This document shows positions 1 through 13,848 of a DNA stretch of 64,000 nucleotides, piece after piece. The notes below the pieces were generated by a model. It made no database searches, was not told the DNA's origin, and saw only the letters and a list, made by a program, of their open reading frames with translations. The stretch comes from Podospora anserina. Taxonomy: Eukaryota. The stretch covers positions 744,001 through 808,000 of the forward strand of contig CM030336.1 of the NCBI GenBank assembly GCA_017654855.1. Reading direction: 5' to 3'. Both the position numbers and the translations under genes were made by a program. Numbering within the stretch: the first letter of the stretch is position 1; every line of letters starts with the position of its first letter.

Positions 1-1447
1 CTGACGCTGAAAAGCATTGTGCTAGTGTGGAATCTAATTTGGTGTTGGTGTTGGTTGGGTCTCGCCAGGAGCCTACAGTCCATGAGAAGAACCAACATGA
101 TGAACACCGGAAATATTCTTGTGATGAGGAGATTTAAGAACTTCTCCAAAAAAAACTGGTCCGTGCTGTGTGGTTGGAATATGTGGAGTAAGCCAATTCA
201 GGCTTGGTGGGGTTTGATCTTGCGTGCCGCAGAACCCCTCTGTTTTCCTCGATTCTTTGCTGCCTACACCATGTCACAAGAAATCCATTGCCAGCTTCCT
301 CTTTCAACCTGGTGCCGACATTTTGCCCACAAAGATACGAACGACAGAGAAACATCAACGAGAAATGCTATTTGTACCACCGTCAGCCTGCATCACGAGT
401 CGGTCCGCGTCCCTATGCTTCAGCCCTAAACGATGCTCTGGGTGGCCAGATGCCATCCGATAAAGAGCTGGTTCGATAAACCCTTCCCACCAAGGACAAC
501 TGGCTGGGCTCGTACACTGGCACGGGAAGCTTACCGCATACATAAAACCAAGATTTGATGGCAATGGGTGTTGGGATGGCACCACCACCATGGAAACACC
601 ATCTCGAGGCTCCGAACTGCCGCCAGCCGCGGGCGCTAAATGCACCCCTTCTTGGCAGGTCAGCGTGCGCTAATTGACTAACCTCTCTAGGGCGTTGGAT
701 TTTGCCGTTGCGCCAACACTCGAGACATGAAGACCACCACGATTGAGATGCGTCAATCTTCCCCGCGATGCAACTGATTGCCAAAATCGCTGAGGTCCTA
801 CACAAGCCAGATCGGCTTACACATAATGCACCCCTTCAGCACTCTCAGCAGGCGATTCCGGTGTTTTATTCGAACCGGCTTGCGAAGGTCCGTCGCAGGA
901 TGTTGCTGTTTGGGGGCGCTCCGGGGGCGGCCCAGCAAAATTGAGCACCAAGGCCGTCGTGATACCTATCTCTTGTGTGTCGGTCCTCTCCGGCCCCGGC
1001 CGCGAGACAGTGGTCCTATGATTCTCTTCAGACACCTTCAACATCACCGCCCCCCGTTATCTCAATGGCAATGCACCCATCTAGCTCCGTGCATGCACTC
1101 TCTTGGTGTGCCGGCTTCCAGCCCGGATCTGGCGATCGCCCAAAGGGGGTCATGTAGCCCAGAGGCTGAGCTCAGCATGCCCCCGTCGTGATTGGGCTGC
1201 TTGTCCTGATGACGGGGAAGGTCGCAAGGCTCCCTGGCACGCCCACCGTGGTGCTCAGTTTCGTCCCCTGCGGCATCCATCGTCGCTGTGCCAAGGTTGC
1301 AACAAGCGGCGCGGTTGTGTGGTGCTCTCCAGACCACAGCCCACACGTACGCAAGCTTTCAGCAGCAAAAATCATTTCACACATGCGACTCTGCGGCCAA
1401 CGTCGCCGATACATCTCGACCACACTCACGTCTCCCTCTCTCGCCTT

Positions 1448-1490
1448 GTGCTTGCCTGCCTGCTTGCTTGCTTGCTTGCTTGTTGCTTGC
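1448..1490. repeat. (GCTT)n-like tetranucleotide microsatellite upstream of the NRPS-like gene
   Basis: gtgcttgcctgcctgcttgcttgcttgcttgcttgttgcttgc. Confidence 0.8.
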
Positions 1491-1732
1491 TGGTCTTTTC
1501 GCTCCTCCCCCGCCTTCCCGCAGCTCTCTCCGACCCCAGGCTGCCATCCCGATACCCGAAAGAGGTGTTGCTGATGTGCAACCAAACCACTTCGAGAGCG
1601 TCAAGCCAACCTCCTGCTGTGCCCCATGCGGCCCAGCGCCTGACGACCCTCCAACTCTTCTCCTTTGTTTGAGATACCCATTTGCCGCTTTCTCTGTCCG
1701 TGTTTATACCGTCCCAGGCGCTGCTTGTCAGC

Positions 1733-4700
1733 ATGGCCTCCCCCCAGAGGTTTGCCCCTCCGCGCATCGATGCCTCGACTTCCTGGTTAATGCTCGAAGA
1801 CGAACCCCTCGAAGCGCGTTTGCTCAGCGTGGTTGCTCAGGTCTTGGGAATCGACACGGCAACACTGCGGATACAGGCCTCCTTCAGAGAGTTGGGAGGT
1901 GACGAACAGAGCGCCTCTGCGCTAAGACAGGCTTGCCTGGATGCTGGGATGGATATTGCTGTGGACGACATTCTTCGATGTTCGACCCTCGCCGAGTTAC
2001 AGACATGCATAACGCCATGCACCACGCCAGCGCGAAACATCGACAATGAACTCGACGATGCCCCATTTTTTGCCCTTCCTGACGTCGACAGCCACAACAA
2101 TATTATGGCGCAAGATGATGGCGGGGCTCATTCGCGCAAGCCAAGCCAGGCGAGCCAGGCCAGTTCGGTGACAGTGGGGAAGCAGAGAACGGAACTCGAA
2201 CAAGCGCTTGGGATACAACCAGAGATTGGGAGGATGGCCACGGTAAGGCCAAAAGCTGGGTTGTTGGAGGGCAAGCTGGTGGCTCTTCTCACCCTCGCTT
2301 CCATGCAGAAAGAGAAGACAGATTCCTCGCCGATCGACCTCATTCCACAGTCACACGCCCTCTTTGCCGGTACCCAGGTTGCCAACTTACGGCAAGCAGC
2401 CGAGTCGACTCTGGAGCCCGACGCCGTGCCAGACTTGTGGATTGTGTTGGACGGAATGCCCATGACAGACTCTGGCGACGTGGACGAGAGACGGTTGCGA
2501 ACATGGGCCCAGAACATCAATGAGGATGTCCACCACCAGGCTCTCAGCTTGGAGCTTCAAGAAACATTGCAAGCCCCAGAATCGGGCATGGAAAAGACAC
2601 TGCAGAGGCTGGTCAGCAAAATACTGGATGTCCCACAGAGTCAGATTGGCGTCAATTTCTCCTTCTCGCAATTGGGCGGGGATGAGATGACAGCTATGGA
2701 ACTCGCTGCTCGATGCAAACATGAGTCCATATATATCCACGCTTCCGAAGCCCTCGGATCAACAACACTGTCCGAGTTGGCAGCCATTGCAGCAACCCGG
2801 GGCGGGCTGGCTCACAAATGGGATGAGGAGACATCGGACGTTTTTGATCTATCACCAATGCAGCACTTGTACTTCCAGACCTCGATGGGCGGTGATCTCA
2901 AGCGGAGAGTTGGCATTGAAGGGAGCTACCGCTACAACCAGAGCTTCCTCTTGCGGTTCAAGAAACACTTCAACTTTGTCGATATCTCCGCCGCGGTCGA
3001 GGCAATCGTTGGGCACCACCCCATGCTCCGCGCGCGCTTCGGCCGGGGATTGCATGGGTGGGTGCAAAGGGCGCTGCCCGAGGTGCCGGGCTCATACACG
3101 ATATCTCAAAACACCATCCGATCCGAGAAGGAAGCCGAGGAAATTATCGCCAAGACGCAAATATCCATCAACGTCGAGACAGGACCGGTGTTTGCAGTTG
3201 ACTGCTTCACAACCCAGGATGAGCAGCAGTGGATTTACTTGGCCGCCCACCACCTTGCGGTCGATGTTCCATCCTGGCGCACCATTATCCATGATTTGGA
3301 CGAGCTCCTCGTGAACGGTAGTCTGCTGTCACAAAGGTCAATGCCATTCCACAAGTGGGTTGACATGCAGAAAGCTGACGCCAGTGGCCCGGACCCAAGG
3401 GAGCTGCTCCCCTTCCCAGTCCAACCCGGCGATTATGCCTATTGGGGCCTCCAAGATGCCGCCAACACATATGGCGATGCTGTCGAGGTCGGCTTCTCGC
3501 TTAGCCACGAACTTACCTCGATACTCCAAACGTCATGCAACCAAGTATTCCAGACAGATTCCGTTGACATTTACCTTGCCGCCCTCATGCTGTCTTTCGC
3601 CCAGACCTTCCACGACCGATCTGTGCCAGCCATTTGGAACCAAGAGCACGGGAGAGACCCCCTAAACCCTGATGTCGATATCTCCGAGACAGTGGGGTGG
3701 GTCAGTTCCCTTTGCCCCATTGGCCAAAAGGTCGAGAGCGGGGACGACTTCATCACGGTTCTTCGCCACCTGAAAGATACAAGAAGAAATATTCCAGGAC
3801 GAGGGGTACAGTACTTTGGGTCGCGCTTCTACCACTACAACAAGGCCGATATCGTCGCTAACGACTGGCCATTTGAGATCATATTTCGTTACGCCGGTTC
3901 TATGCAGCATCTGGAAAGGGATGATGGCGTCCTAGAGCAACTTCCGATTCCCGGCCGGTCACTGGGCTCAAGAACCTCCGATATTGGAGCCGACGTGGGC
4001 CGCATTGCAATTTTTGAGGTTGACGCTGTGGTCGATCAAGGGATGGCGAGGGTGAAATTTCTCTACAGCAAACATTCCACAGACCAGACTCGGATATCAC
4101 AGTGGATACACAACTACGAGCATCTGTTGCTGGAGGCTATTGGACGACTCAGGTACCACCCGCAGGAACTGACCTTGACCGACGTGCCGCATCTAGATGT
4201 TACATATGAGGGCTTGCAAACGTTTAACAAGGAACGGCTCTTGACACTCAACCTTCCCAGCGTCCGCGATGTCGAGACCATTTACCCAGTCACCGCTGTC
4301 CAGCAGAGCATCCTGATCAGCCAGGCCTTGAGACCCGATACGTGCTATGTTCATGCAATTTACGAGTTTGCGTCCCCTAATGGTGACCCCATCGATATTT
4401 CGAGGATATGCACAGCCTGGCAACAAGTCACCATGAGACATGCGGCACTGAGGACCGTGTTTACCGAGAGCGTCAGCGAAACAGGCCTCTGGGACAAGGT
4501 GATACTGCGCCGAGCGTCTCCTGAAATGTTATTCATCGACACAGCGCCCGCTGAAGATCCAGTGTACGAGCTCAGCAACCTCCCTAACCTCCGACCTTCA
4601 GATAGCAAACCTCTCCACAGGCTGACAGTCTGCAAGGCGCCCACAAGGACTTTGGTGAAGCTGGATATCAGCACTGCTCTTTGTGATGTGAGTTTGGGCA

Positions 4701-7700
4701 CCCATTCAAGTGCCGGCCATGGCCTGATACTGACCCGGTCAACAGTCCATCAGCATTCACCTTCTGCTTCATGACTTGCGACGAGTGTACGCCACCGAGA
4801 GGGCCATCATGGAACCAGAGCAGTTTCAATATCCCGATTACCTTTTTTTCCTCAAAAATGTCCGGCAAGAAAGCAGTCTCAAATACTGGCGTGAGAAACT
4901 GACTGGGGTCACCCCCTGCATGTTTCCGCGGCTCACTGTTCTTCCTGAAGAGCAGAAGTTTGTTAACGCTGGTCTGGAGCTTGACATCACTTCGTACGAG
5001 TTGGCCAACTTCACTCGGACTCACAAGATTTCTGCCGCTGCAGTACTTCGTCTCGCTTGGGGACTGCTCCTACGGTGCTTTACAGGCTCCAATCAAGTTT
5101 GCTTTGGCTTCCAAACAGCTGGGCGTGACGAGGCAAATGTTGGAATGAGACACGCAGTGGGGTCCTTCGCGAACACAGTTGCCTGCACCTTCGAACTTTT
5201 AACATATGGCCCGGTGATTCACGCCCTTCAAAAGGTTGAGGAGGAGCTCCAGGCGACCCTGCTTCATCAGAATTTCACCATGGCTGAGTTGCAACATGCC
5301 ATGGGCGCCAAGGGTGGTGAGCGTTTATATAACTCTTGTTTAACTTTCACAGAAGAACCGGCTGGGTTGAACAGCAAGTTTACGACAAGAACGAGCTTCG
5401 AGTTGAAACCGATAACACTGCAGCAGACATTCGACACAGATGTCGTCGTAAATACACGATTCACTGGCGGAAAGCTGTTTGTCGATATTGGTCAACGAAT
5501 CATGTCACCAGAGCAGTCGATCAACGTTGCCAGCACCTTTGGCAAGGCCATCCGGGCTATTTTGGCAACACCCAACAGCTCAATCGGCCTCGTTGACCTC
5601 TTCACCGACAGAGACCTCGCCCAAATCCTGGCTTGGGATGCCGAATCTCCCCAGTTAACCGAGACACTCACTGACACGGTTGTGCATGAGTTGATCTCGA
5701 GGCAGGCGGAGATGCAGCCCTCATCGCAGGCCATATGTTCCTGGGATGGCTCATACACATATCTGCAACTGGAGGAAGAGGCGACCAAGCTCGCTCATCA
5801 CTTGGTGGATGCAGGGGTTGGGCCTCATTCCGTGGTTCCTGTGGTGATGGACAAATGCAAGCTTGCTCCTGTCGCTATGCTGGCCGTCCTCAAGTGAGTT
5901 TCTTGCATCCTGATCCACTGACTTTCATCTTGCTAACGCTCTTAGGGCCGGTGCTGCATTCGTTCCCGTGGATTCGCTCGAGCTTGGTATCATCCAGCCG
6001 ATTTTTGAACGGCTCACCAACTCGAGGGTTGCTGTTTCGTCTGAACTTGCGGCCCCTGTTCTCAGCAACCTTTTTGATCAAGTAGTTGTCGTTACCTCTG
6101 AGCTCATGGGGGCAATTCCAGATAACCTAGGATCGCTGACCTCGATGGCCGCCCCGACAGACGCTGCCTGTGTCCTTTTCGTTCCTACATCAACCAGCGA
6201 GGCCCGGGGGGTCACCTTCAGCCACTCTGCCCTGGCTACCGCTTTGGTTGGCCAAGGCCCTGCTGCTCGAATCACACCTCTCAGTCGCGTCATGCAGCTA
6301 TCGTCCTTCAATGTCGACATTTGTATTACCGAGATTTTCACAACGCTGGTCTATGGCGCTTGTGTTTGCATACCATCGGCTGCTGAGAAGCTACAGGATT
6401 TTGGTGCGGCCGTCAACCGCATGCAGGTCAACTGGAGTTACATGACGCCTCTGCTGTCGAGGAAACTGGATCCGACCCTTCTGCCTTCTCTCAAAGTTGT
6501 TTGTTTCCGGACACGAAGCCTCGACGATGACACGTACAACATTTGGCATGGGAAGGTCAACGTCGTGCTGGCCTATGGGCCACAGGACTGTTGTCCTCTC
6601 GGGATTGCCTTCCTCGAAGCCATGGGAACACATCATCTACGCAGCATCGGGCGACCTTTCAGCGGAAACCTCCTCATTGTTAACCCAGAAGACCACAAGA
6701 AGCGTGTTCCGGTTGGTGCTGTTGGAGAGCTTGTTGTGGAGGGACCAACGCTGGGCTTCTCCTACCCAAACAGGGAATCCACTGTGAGCCCGATGTCGCC
6801 CCTCGGAACTACCGGAGGCAAGGCCCGCTACTTCAAGACTGGTCACCGCGCCAGATACACCGAGGGTGGTCTTATGGAGTTTATCTCTAGTCAGAGGGAG
6901 GATATTGACCTTGACGGCAAAACGATCAACGTTACAGAGATCGAGCAGTATCTTCGACGTTGCCTGGGTCGCGGCATGGACGTTATCGTGGATATTGTGG
7001 CATTCCGAGGACCGAAATCCGACACCATTTTAGCTGCATTTGTGGAGTTTGGTGATCGCATTGAGGTGGATGAAAGCCTTAGCTCGCTGAGCCCTGCCAC
7101 CCAGGAGCAGTTGACTACGGTGAAGCAGCTGGTTCAGGCTGGACTGGAGAACCGACCGCCCCCATGCATGCTGCCCTCGGTCTTCATACCCGTCAAGCAT
7201 CTCCCGGTCACGCCGTCTCTCAAGGTCAACCGACGACGTCTACAGAAAATGATCACTGGGATGACCAAAGAGGAACTGTTCAGCATTTGCGCCTTCTCTA
7301 CCGAAGCGAGACTGGCCATGCTGAAGCCACTGCCACCGACAGAAAGTGAGGAGAAAATGAGATTGTTGTGGGCAAGGGTTTTGGGCATGGAAGATTCCAA
7401 GATCACGGCTTTGGATACCTTCTTTGGACTTGGAGGCGATGTGATCATGGCTGGGCAACTAGTAGCCGCTTGCCGCCGCGAGGGCATTTCACTTTCGATC
7501 GCCAAAGTACTTCAAAATGCCACCTTGGCTGAACTCAGCAAGACCGTTGCGGAGACTGCAAGTCCTCAGAGCCTACCCGTTCCGCAAGCACCCACCTCTC
7601 CGCCACCACCGGTTCCCACAGCATCAAATTCGCCTGCGCCACCACCAACCCCCAGCCAAACCCCGGTTCCCAACCCTTCACCAACTGCCCAATCATCGAA

Positions 7701-10308
7701 CGCTATCAAGGAAGTCTTCATTGAGAAGGTTATTGCGCCCAAGATTGGAGTGGACCCAAGCTCGATTGCCGATGCAGCCGAAGCCTCGTCTGTTCAGATC
7801 AGGTACATTGAGACGGGTATGCTGCGTGGACGATCCAACATCAATTACTTGACGTTCAACTTCATCGGCGCGGTGGACTCCAAGAAGTTGGAAACAGCCT
7901 GCAAAACCTTGATCAGCATTCATCCAATTCTACGCACTGTATTTGTCCCATATAATCGTCGAGTGTACCAGGCTGTTCTCAAGAATCCCGACATCGAGTT
8001 CCGTCGTCATTACTGCCCGACCTGGAGGCTTGCCACCATGTTGGAGAAGATTGTCAAAAAGGACCAGTCCTCTGGCACCAAGTTTGAAACACCAATGACA
8101 AAATTCATGTTTTTGGACGGGAGCAAGCAGTCGGTTCTAATTCTGAGGCTCACCAAGGCTCAATATGATGACTTGTCCGTGGCCTTGTTGGTCAAGGACC
8201 TCAAGCGACTTTACGATGGATCTCAACCGGCACCCAAAAGGCCAAGTTATTGCGATTTCCTGCGGACTGCCCAGCTCTCCATGGCCCAAGGCCCGGGTGC
8301 GGAGGAGTACTGGCGAGCGTTACTAGAGGGCGCTGTGATGACACAGGTTGTTGCCCATTCTCAGCCCTACCAGATGTCTACCCACGTCAAGACAATTCGA
8401 AACCCCATGCTGTCTCTGGGACCCCTTTCAAGTCTCGGTATCTCATTCGAGACAGTCCTCAAGGCAGCTTGGGGTATGACGCTTGCCAAGCTCTCGGCAA
8501 CGTCCGATGTCGTTTTTGGAGAACTGATCGATGGGCGACATGTGCGGCTACCTGGGAATGTATCTGTTGCTGGTGTGATGGGCCCCACCGTCAATACGAT
8601 CCCCATTCGTATTCAGTTTCCCGACGCCTCATTGACGCCCATGAGTTTGCTTCAATACGTCCAAGCCCAGCACGGTGCCGGCGTGCCATTTGAGAACCTC
8701 GGGACTCTTTTTCTGATCGAAAAGTGCACACCATGGCCATACTGGACACGTTTCAGCACGGTTGTTCGACATCAGTATGAGGATACCGCCATCCTGCCCA
8801 ATGAGCCCAAGTCATTTCATCTTGGTGCAGCGTCATGCAAATTCACCATCAACGAGTCCAGAGCCCAGGACATTCCAGATCTCTTTGTGAGATCCGTGGT
8901 TCGACCCCCTGGCCGAGTTGAAATATCCATTTCGTACTGCTCTGAGCGGATCCCGGAAGCGTTTGCCGACCACGCTCTCCGCATGCTGGCAACCAACATC
9001 ACCATGCTCACCAATGCCAACCTCACGCAAGAGCTGATACCACAGGGGTATCAGTACCGCAATATGATGAGGCGAATTCCCCTGACACCGAGCGAGTCAG
9101 CTTCTAGCCAGAGCTCGGAAGCCGACAGCTTGAATCTGATCAACTCCCTCAGCCAAGAACAGATCACGCTCATTAGGACGGCGGTTTCCAATACATGGTC
9201 GACGATTTTGAATCCTCTTGCGCTCGGAGTGCCGGAGGATCAGGTACACAATGCCTCATTTTACGATCTCTGGGGCAGTCTGATCCCGGCGTCGCAAATG
9301 ATGCAGCAGTTGAACCGGGAGCTTCCCAAAGCCAACATCCCAGGCGCCGATGCCAATCTCAAGGTCACGATGGAAGAGATTATTGAGAACGCCACCATGC
9401 TCAAGCAGTTTGAAGTCATCGCGTCCAAGGTGAAGCCGCTAGGAAATAAAGATGCAGCAAGGAAGGAGAAGTCAAGGGAGACCACCCGGGTGGGCACCGA
9501 TACCCCCAAACTCTCGGGTTTGCAACAGAAGCGAAAGCCAAGCATGAACAACTTGGCCGCCCCAGCGAGCTCGAGCTCCCTTGGATCACGCATCCGCCGT
9601 CTGGCGAGCACCGTGGGCCGTACTAACTCGCCGCCCATTGCCAGACCACAGACGGCAACCTCTCCCCCACCGGTTACGCCAACAACCCCAGTTGCCATCG
9701 GATTGGCATCTGCCATGGTGGCGGACATGTCACCGCTTGCGCCCAAGCTCGTCGGGAGTCTGTCTCCAAGCATGGCAAGCACACCTACCATGCGCAATGG
9801 CGCCAGCAGCGCGGCTGGTGTACCAAATTCTGCGCCCCAGCTGCCAAGCCTGCCGCTATTTGAATCCATCGCCGAAGAATCAGAAGCTGCCAGCGACAAC
9901 ACGCTCAAGCCAGCCGCATGGAGGAAAGCGAGTCCACTGCTCCCAGGCAGTTCAGCCGACAGCATGACGACGGGGAGTTCAGCCAGCAGCCACCACAGCG
10001 GTGAAGGGCTGGGGCTGATGGCTAGGATTGACGAGCACGACACGGAGGAGGACACCATTGTTGCCACAAATAACCAAATCCGCACTGGAGCCAATACACC
10101 TATGATCACAGAGGAGATTATTGCTGGTGAAGCCGAGGATGTGGCCAGCCCGCTTGCAGCGCCGCCTACTACGACGCCCAAGACGGGGAGCACCAGGTAT
10201 TTTTCTACGACATCAAGTGGGCAGGCTGAATCAACAGCGGGCGTGAGGGAAGCAAAAGAAAGGAGTAAATTGTGGGGGAAGACGGGGATGTCACCTGTTG
10301 TTGGGTAG
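1733..10308 (+). CDS. NRPS-like multidomain protein (~2,820 aa; T*-Asub*-T*-E-C*-A*-T*-C*-T?-S/T/P-rich tail, * = degenerate active-site motif)
   Basis: ORFs 1682..4774, 4776..5897 and 5968..10308 join in frame through GT-AG introns 4688..4745 (LCD|SISIHLLLHDLRRVY) and 5894..5945 (VLK|AGAAFVPVD). ATG at 1733. NRPS hallmarks present: HHPMLRARF, epimerization-type HHLAVD/EHGRD/ETVGW, RHAALRTVF, GELVVEGP, carrier-like F..LGGD motifs. Confidence 0.9.
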
Positions 10309-11917
10309 AGAAAAGTCATGCCGTGTTTCTTTTGTTGGTGCGGGTGAAAGGGATTTGGGATGGCCGGTGCATTGGATGGAATTGGGATACCCTGGGTGCC
10401 TTGATCATGGACTGTTCTTCTATGTGTTGTTGTTGTTGTTTGAGTCACTGCCTCTATTGTCAATGTTTGTGTTGGTTTATACATTGCATATCTTACACCG
10501 ATTTTGTCTGTTTAATATTTTTATTATCATAGTCCTAGTCCTCAGCGAACTGGACAATGTTTTGATATTTCGAGCATTTGGACAAAGCCGCCGTGTATGG
10601 AACCCCGGTTACGACCGAGGGACACATCATGGCAATGTTTTCCAGGCCGGTGATGTGATATTTGTTGCTCTCGGTGTTTTCTGGGGGGCTCTAGCAAGGT
10701 CTTATGTAGCACTGCATGACCTTCCGCAATAGGGTTCAAAGAGGAAGGCAGACGGGGGGGATGGACGGAGCGATTCGGTGCGGTCTGTCGGTGTGGGGGT
10801 GATGCAGCCAACTGTCCGGATTCTTGCTCTCTCCTTGGTGTTGGTGTGTTCTTTTAGGAGAGAAGAGGGGGTGGCGCTTTCTGCTTTGGGGGCTGGTCGG
10901 AGTCAGCTAATTAGTATCGGATATGCACTTCAATTATGAAAGACAGGTTTTCCTGGAGGAGGAACTCGAGTTCGGGTTCGGGAGAATGTGTGGGTAAAAC
11001 TTTTCTCTTTTACATGAAGGATTTCGGTTCGAAGTGGAAATCGGTGGATGAACGCAACGTGGTGGTTTACCTTACCTTACCTTGCTGTCGCTGCATAGTG
11101 GCGCCATTCCTACTGCAGATAGTTCTCCGGGGGCCACCAATCGGGTTCGGAGCCCTGGGGGATGCTGCAGAGGGATGCGACTGTGACTTCTTCAGCGGTT
11201 TGTCAGTGCACCACCAGAGAAAGAAATCCGCAGCTCGCCGGGTGTAAAGGATTTCGGGGTTTGGCGGGGACTGGGCTAGCTGAGCTGCGTGGATAGAAGA
11301 CGAGTAACGATTGTCAAGCCATTGATGTTTTCCTCTCTCGTTTTTCTCATTGAAGATTCGCGATTCATAAGCATTCCCAATTGAATGGATCGTCAGCCGG
11401 GAACGAACAAAGAAGATCATGGGGTAGCACGGCACGACACAACACCCTTTCCATTCCCAGCAGCTTGGGCCGCGCTAACCCCCTTCCAGAACCTGCCCTC
11501 GCCCATGCGTCTTTTTCCTCTCTCTCTCTGCAGGACAGCAATGAAATAGTTTGCTGTCAAACCCTGGACACCGGGTGGGCGGTGTGGTGCTGTTGGTTCA
11601 ACCGTCCAAGAAAACCCACGACGGACGGAACCCTCCCGGGCCAATTTTCCCCAGCTGTGGTACTTCTTGTTCCCCGTCCCCCCCGCGTTCTTGACTTTTG
11701 TCCCAATTCCTTTTCGCCCCAACTTCTCCCACGAACAGCACACTTGTTGGGTGCTCCACATTGCGCGCCCGCGTGTTCTTTGTGTCTCAACGTCTAGACC
11801 ACAGGGCCAAGACAAACGGCTTCACTTGTCACGGACTTTTTGCTTTTGAGCTGAGTGAAAGTGGGGGATTGATTGATCGACAGAAACCATTTTGGCTCCC
11901 GCGACCGATTTTCCACG

Positions 11918-13318
11918 ATGGCCTCCACCGACGACGCTCCACCTGTCACCACCACCGCAAAATCGGCGCCATCACCACCAGCTGCTTCCCCATCCCCGGC
12001 GCCGGAGGGGAAATTGTCGGGGAAGAGCTCACCCAAATCTGGGGCGGGTTCGCCGAGGAATTTGGATGATGCGCTTGATCCGCTGAATGGGGAGCACTGG
12101 ACTCAGCACGTATCTTTCCCCCTTATAAACACCCTACTTGTTTCAAAGCGCGCGGGACTAATGAGGTTTTTGGGGGGGGGAGGAATAGCCCGTTGAAGAC
12201 GACAGCGACTCGGTCCTTGACAGCATTCTGAGTTCCACCGCGAGCCTGTCCTCGAGTATATTTGAATACCGCAACATCAACGGCCGGACGTTCCACAGCG
12301 ACAAGACCAACGCCGAGTACTGGGGCCCGAACGATGACAAGCAGCTGCAGAGCCAGGATATCATTCACCACTGCCTGACGCTTGTGCTGGAGGGGAGGTT
12401 GTATCTGGCGCCGATTGACGCGGGGAAGATTAGCAAGGTTTTGGACGTGGGCACTGGAGGGGGCTTGTGGGCCATGTTTGTTTTTCTCTTCCCCCTTTTT
12501 CTTTCTCCGGTGCTGATGATGGCAGTGACTTTGCGGACCTGCACCCCAACCTGGAGGTGACGGGGACGGACATCTCCCCTGTGCAACCCTCGTGGGTGCC
12601 CCCCAATGTGAGATTCGAGATCGAGGACGCGACGCTGCCGTGGACGTTCAGGGAAAATTCCTTTGACTTTGTGCACATGAGGTATTTGTTCGGCTCGATT
12701 CCGGACTGGGATGCGATTTTTGAGCAGGCTTATGCGGCGACGAAGCCGGGGGGGTGGATTGAGAGTTTTGAGGCGGATGCAAATCTGTACTCGGAAGATG
12801 GGACGGTGACGGAGGACTCGCCGATGGGGACGTGGACCAAAGTTTTCAAGGAGGCCAAGAAGAAGTTTGGGAGGACGTTTTTCCCTATTGAGGAGGACGT
12901 GCAGAGGAGAGGCATTGAGAAGGCTGGGTTTGTTAACATAACTGTGAAGGATATCAAGGTGAGTTCTGTTTAGGAGGTGTACGGCGGATGTAGGCTGACC
13001 TTGATGGCAACAGGTGCCGATGACGGGATTCCCGAAGGACCCGAAGCTGAAGGAGATTGGGCAGTATAGTCATTTGGCTATTGAGCAGGACTTGGAAGGT
13101 TCGTTTGCTACCCACCATGCCTGATGAAACGAAAACCAGAAACTAACAAGATAACAGGCATGGTGCTCTACATTTTTGGAGAAGTCATGGGCTGGTCCGT
13201 GGTGGAGATCCACGCTTTCCTGGCTCACTTCCGTAAGCAGATGAGAAACAAGAACTGCCATCCCTTGTTTCCGATCAGGATTGTGTACGCCCAGAAGCCA
13301 GAGAAGAAGAAGGACTGA
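11918..13318 (+). CDS. SAM-dependent methyltransferase (LaeA-like/TAM family), 5 exons
   Basis: Spliced reading gives SSIFEYRNINGRTFHS..YWGPNDDKQ..LYLAPI..KVLDVGTGGGLWA|IDFAD..GTDISPVQPSWVPPNVRFEIEDA..FDFVHMRYL..KPGGWIE..IVYAQKPE. Introns ~12110..12188, 12476..12525, ~12959..13013, ~13099..13157. Confidence 0.9.
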
Positions 13319-13848
13319 GCAGAGATCAAGAGTTTGCGATGGATGATGGATAAGTGAGAAAAAGTGGTGGTGGTGGTGGATACGATGACATATATCTTAC
13401 TTTCATTTCTTGTTCATAGCGTAAATTGGAAATAAGTCTGACATGTAAAACCTCTTTGATACTTCAGGAACTATCTTGTCACCTAAAGGGCTGTGGAACT
13501 TTGGTGCAATGCAATGTGTCTCCATGGCAACACAGGTGTGGGATCCACAAAAGGGGCTATTGCTTTCTCCACACTTTGGCAACATCCAACCCAGCCTTGA
13601 TGAATGAGCAACCCAATCTTGAAACACACGTCTCCAATATGACGATGATAAGCGCGAGGGGTATGACAGTGGTAGCTGCAGAAATTGAGGGTTGGGTGGA
13701 TGGCAGCCGAGAAGAACCATTTTAAGTTACCTAATGTGATGTGTTCGGAGGACAGGGGGATTGTTTTGCTGGACTTCTGTAAACTCCGGTAGAAAGGAGA
13801 TTTGTGGATTCCAAATTTGTCGCAAGGGGGAAGGTGCTAAAAAATATT

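Noticed and set aside
1-1680. Many overlapping short ORFs upstream of the NRPS-like gene
   Set aside because: No recognisable motifs. Several are inflated by the GCTT microsatellite (LACLLACLL, QASKQASK). Probably promoter or UTR, although a gene tail in the first ~200 bp cannot be excluded.
9261-10484. 407-aa minus-strand ORF
   Set aside because: Antisense shadow of the low-complexity NRPS-like tail.
1733-13318. NRPS plus methyltransferase as a secondary-metabolite cluster
   Set aside because: The synthetase motifs are inactivated, and no oxidases, exporter or regulator are adjacent.
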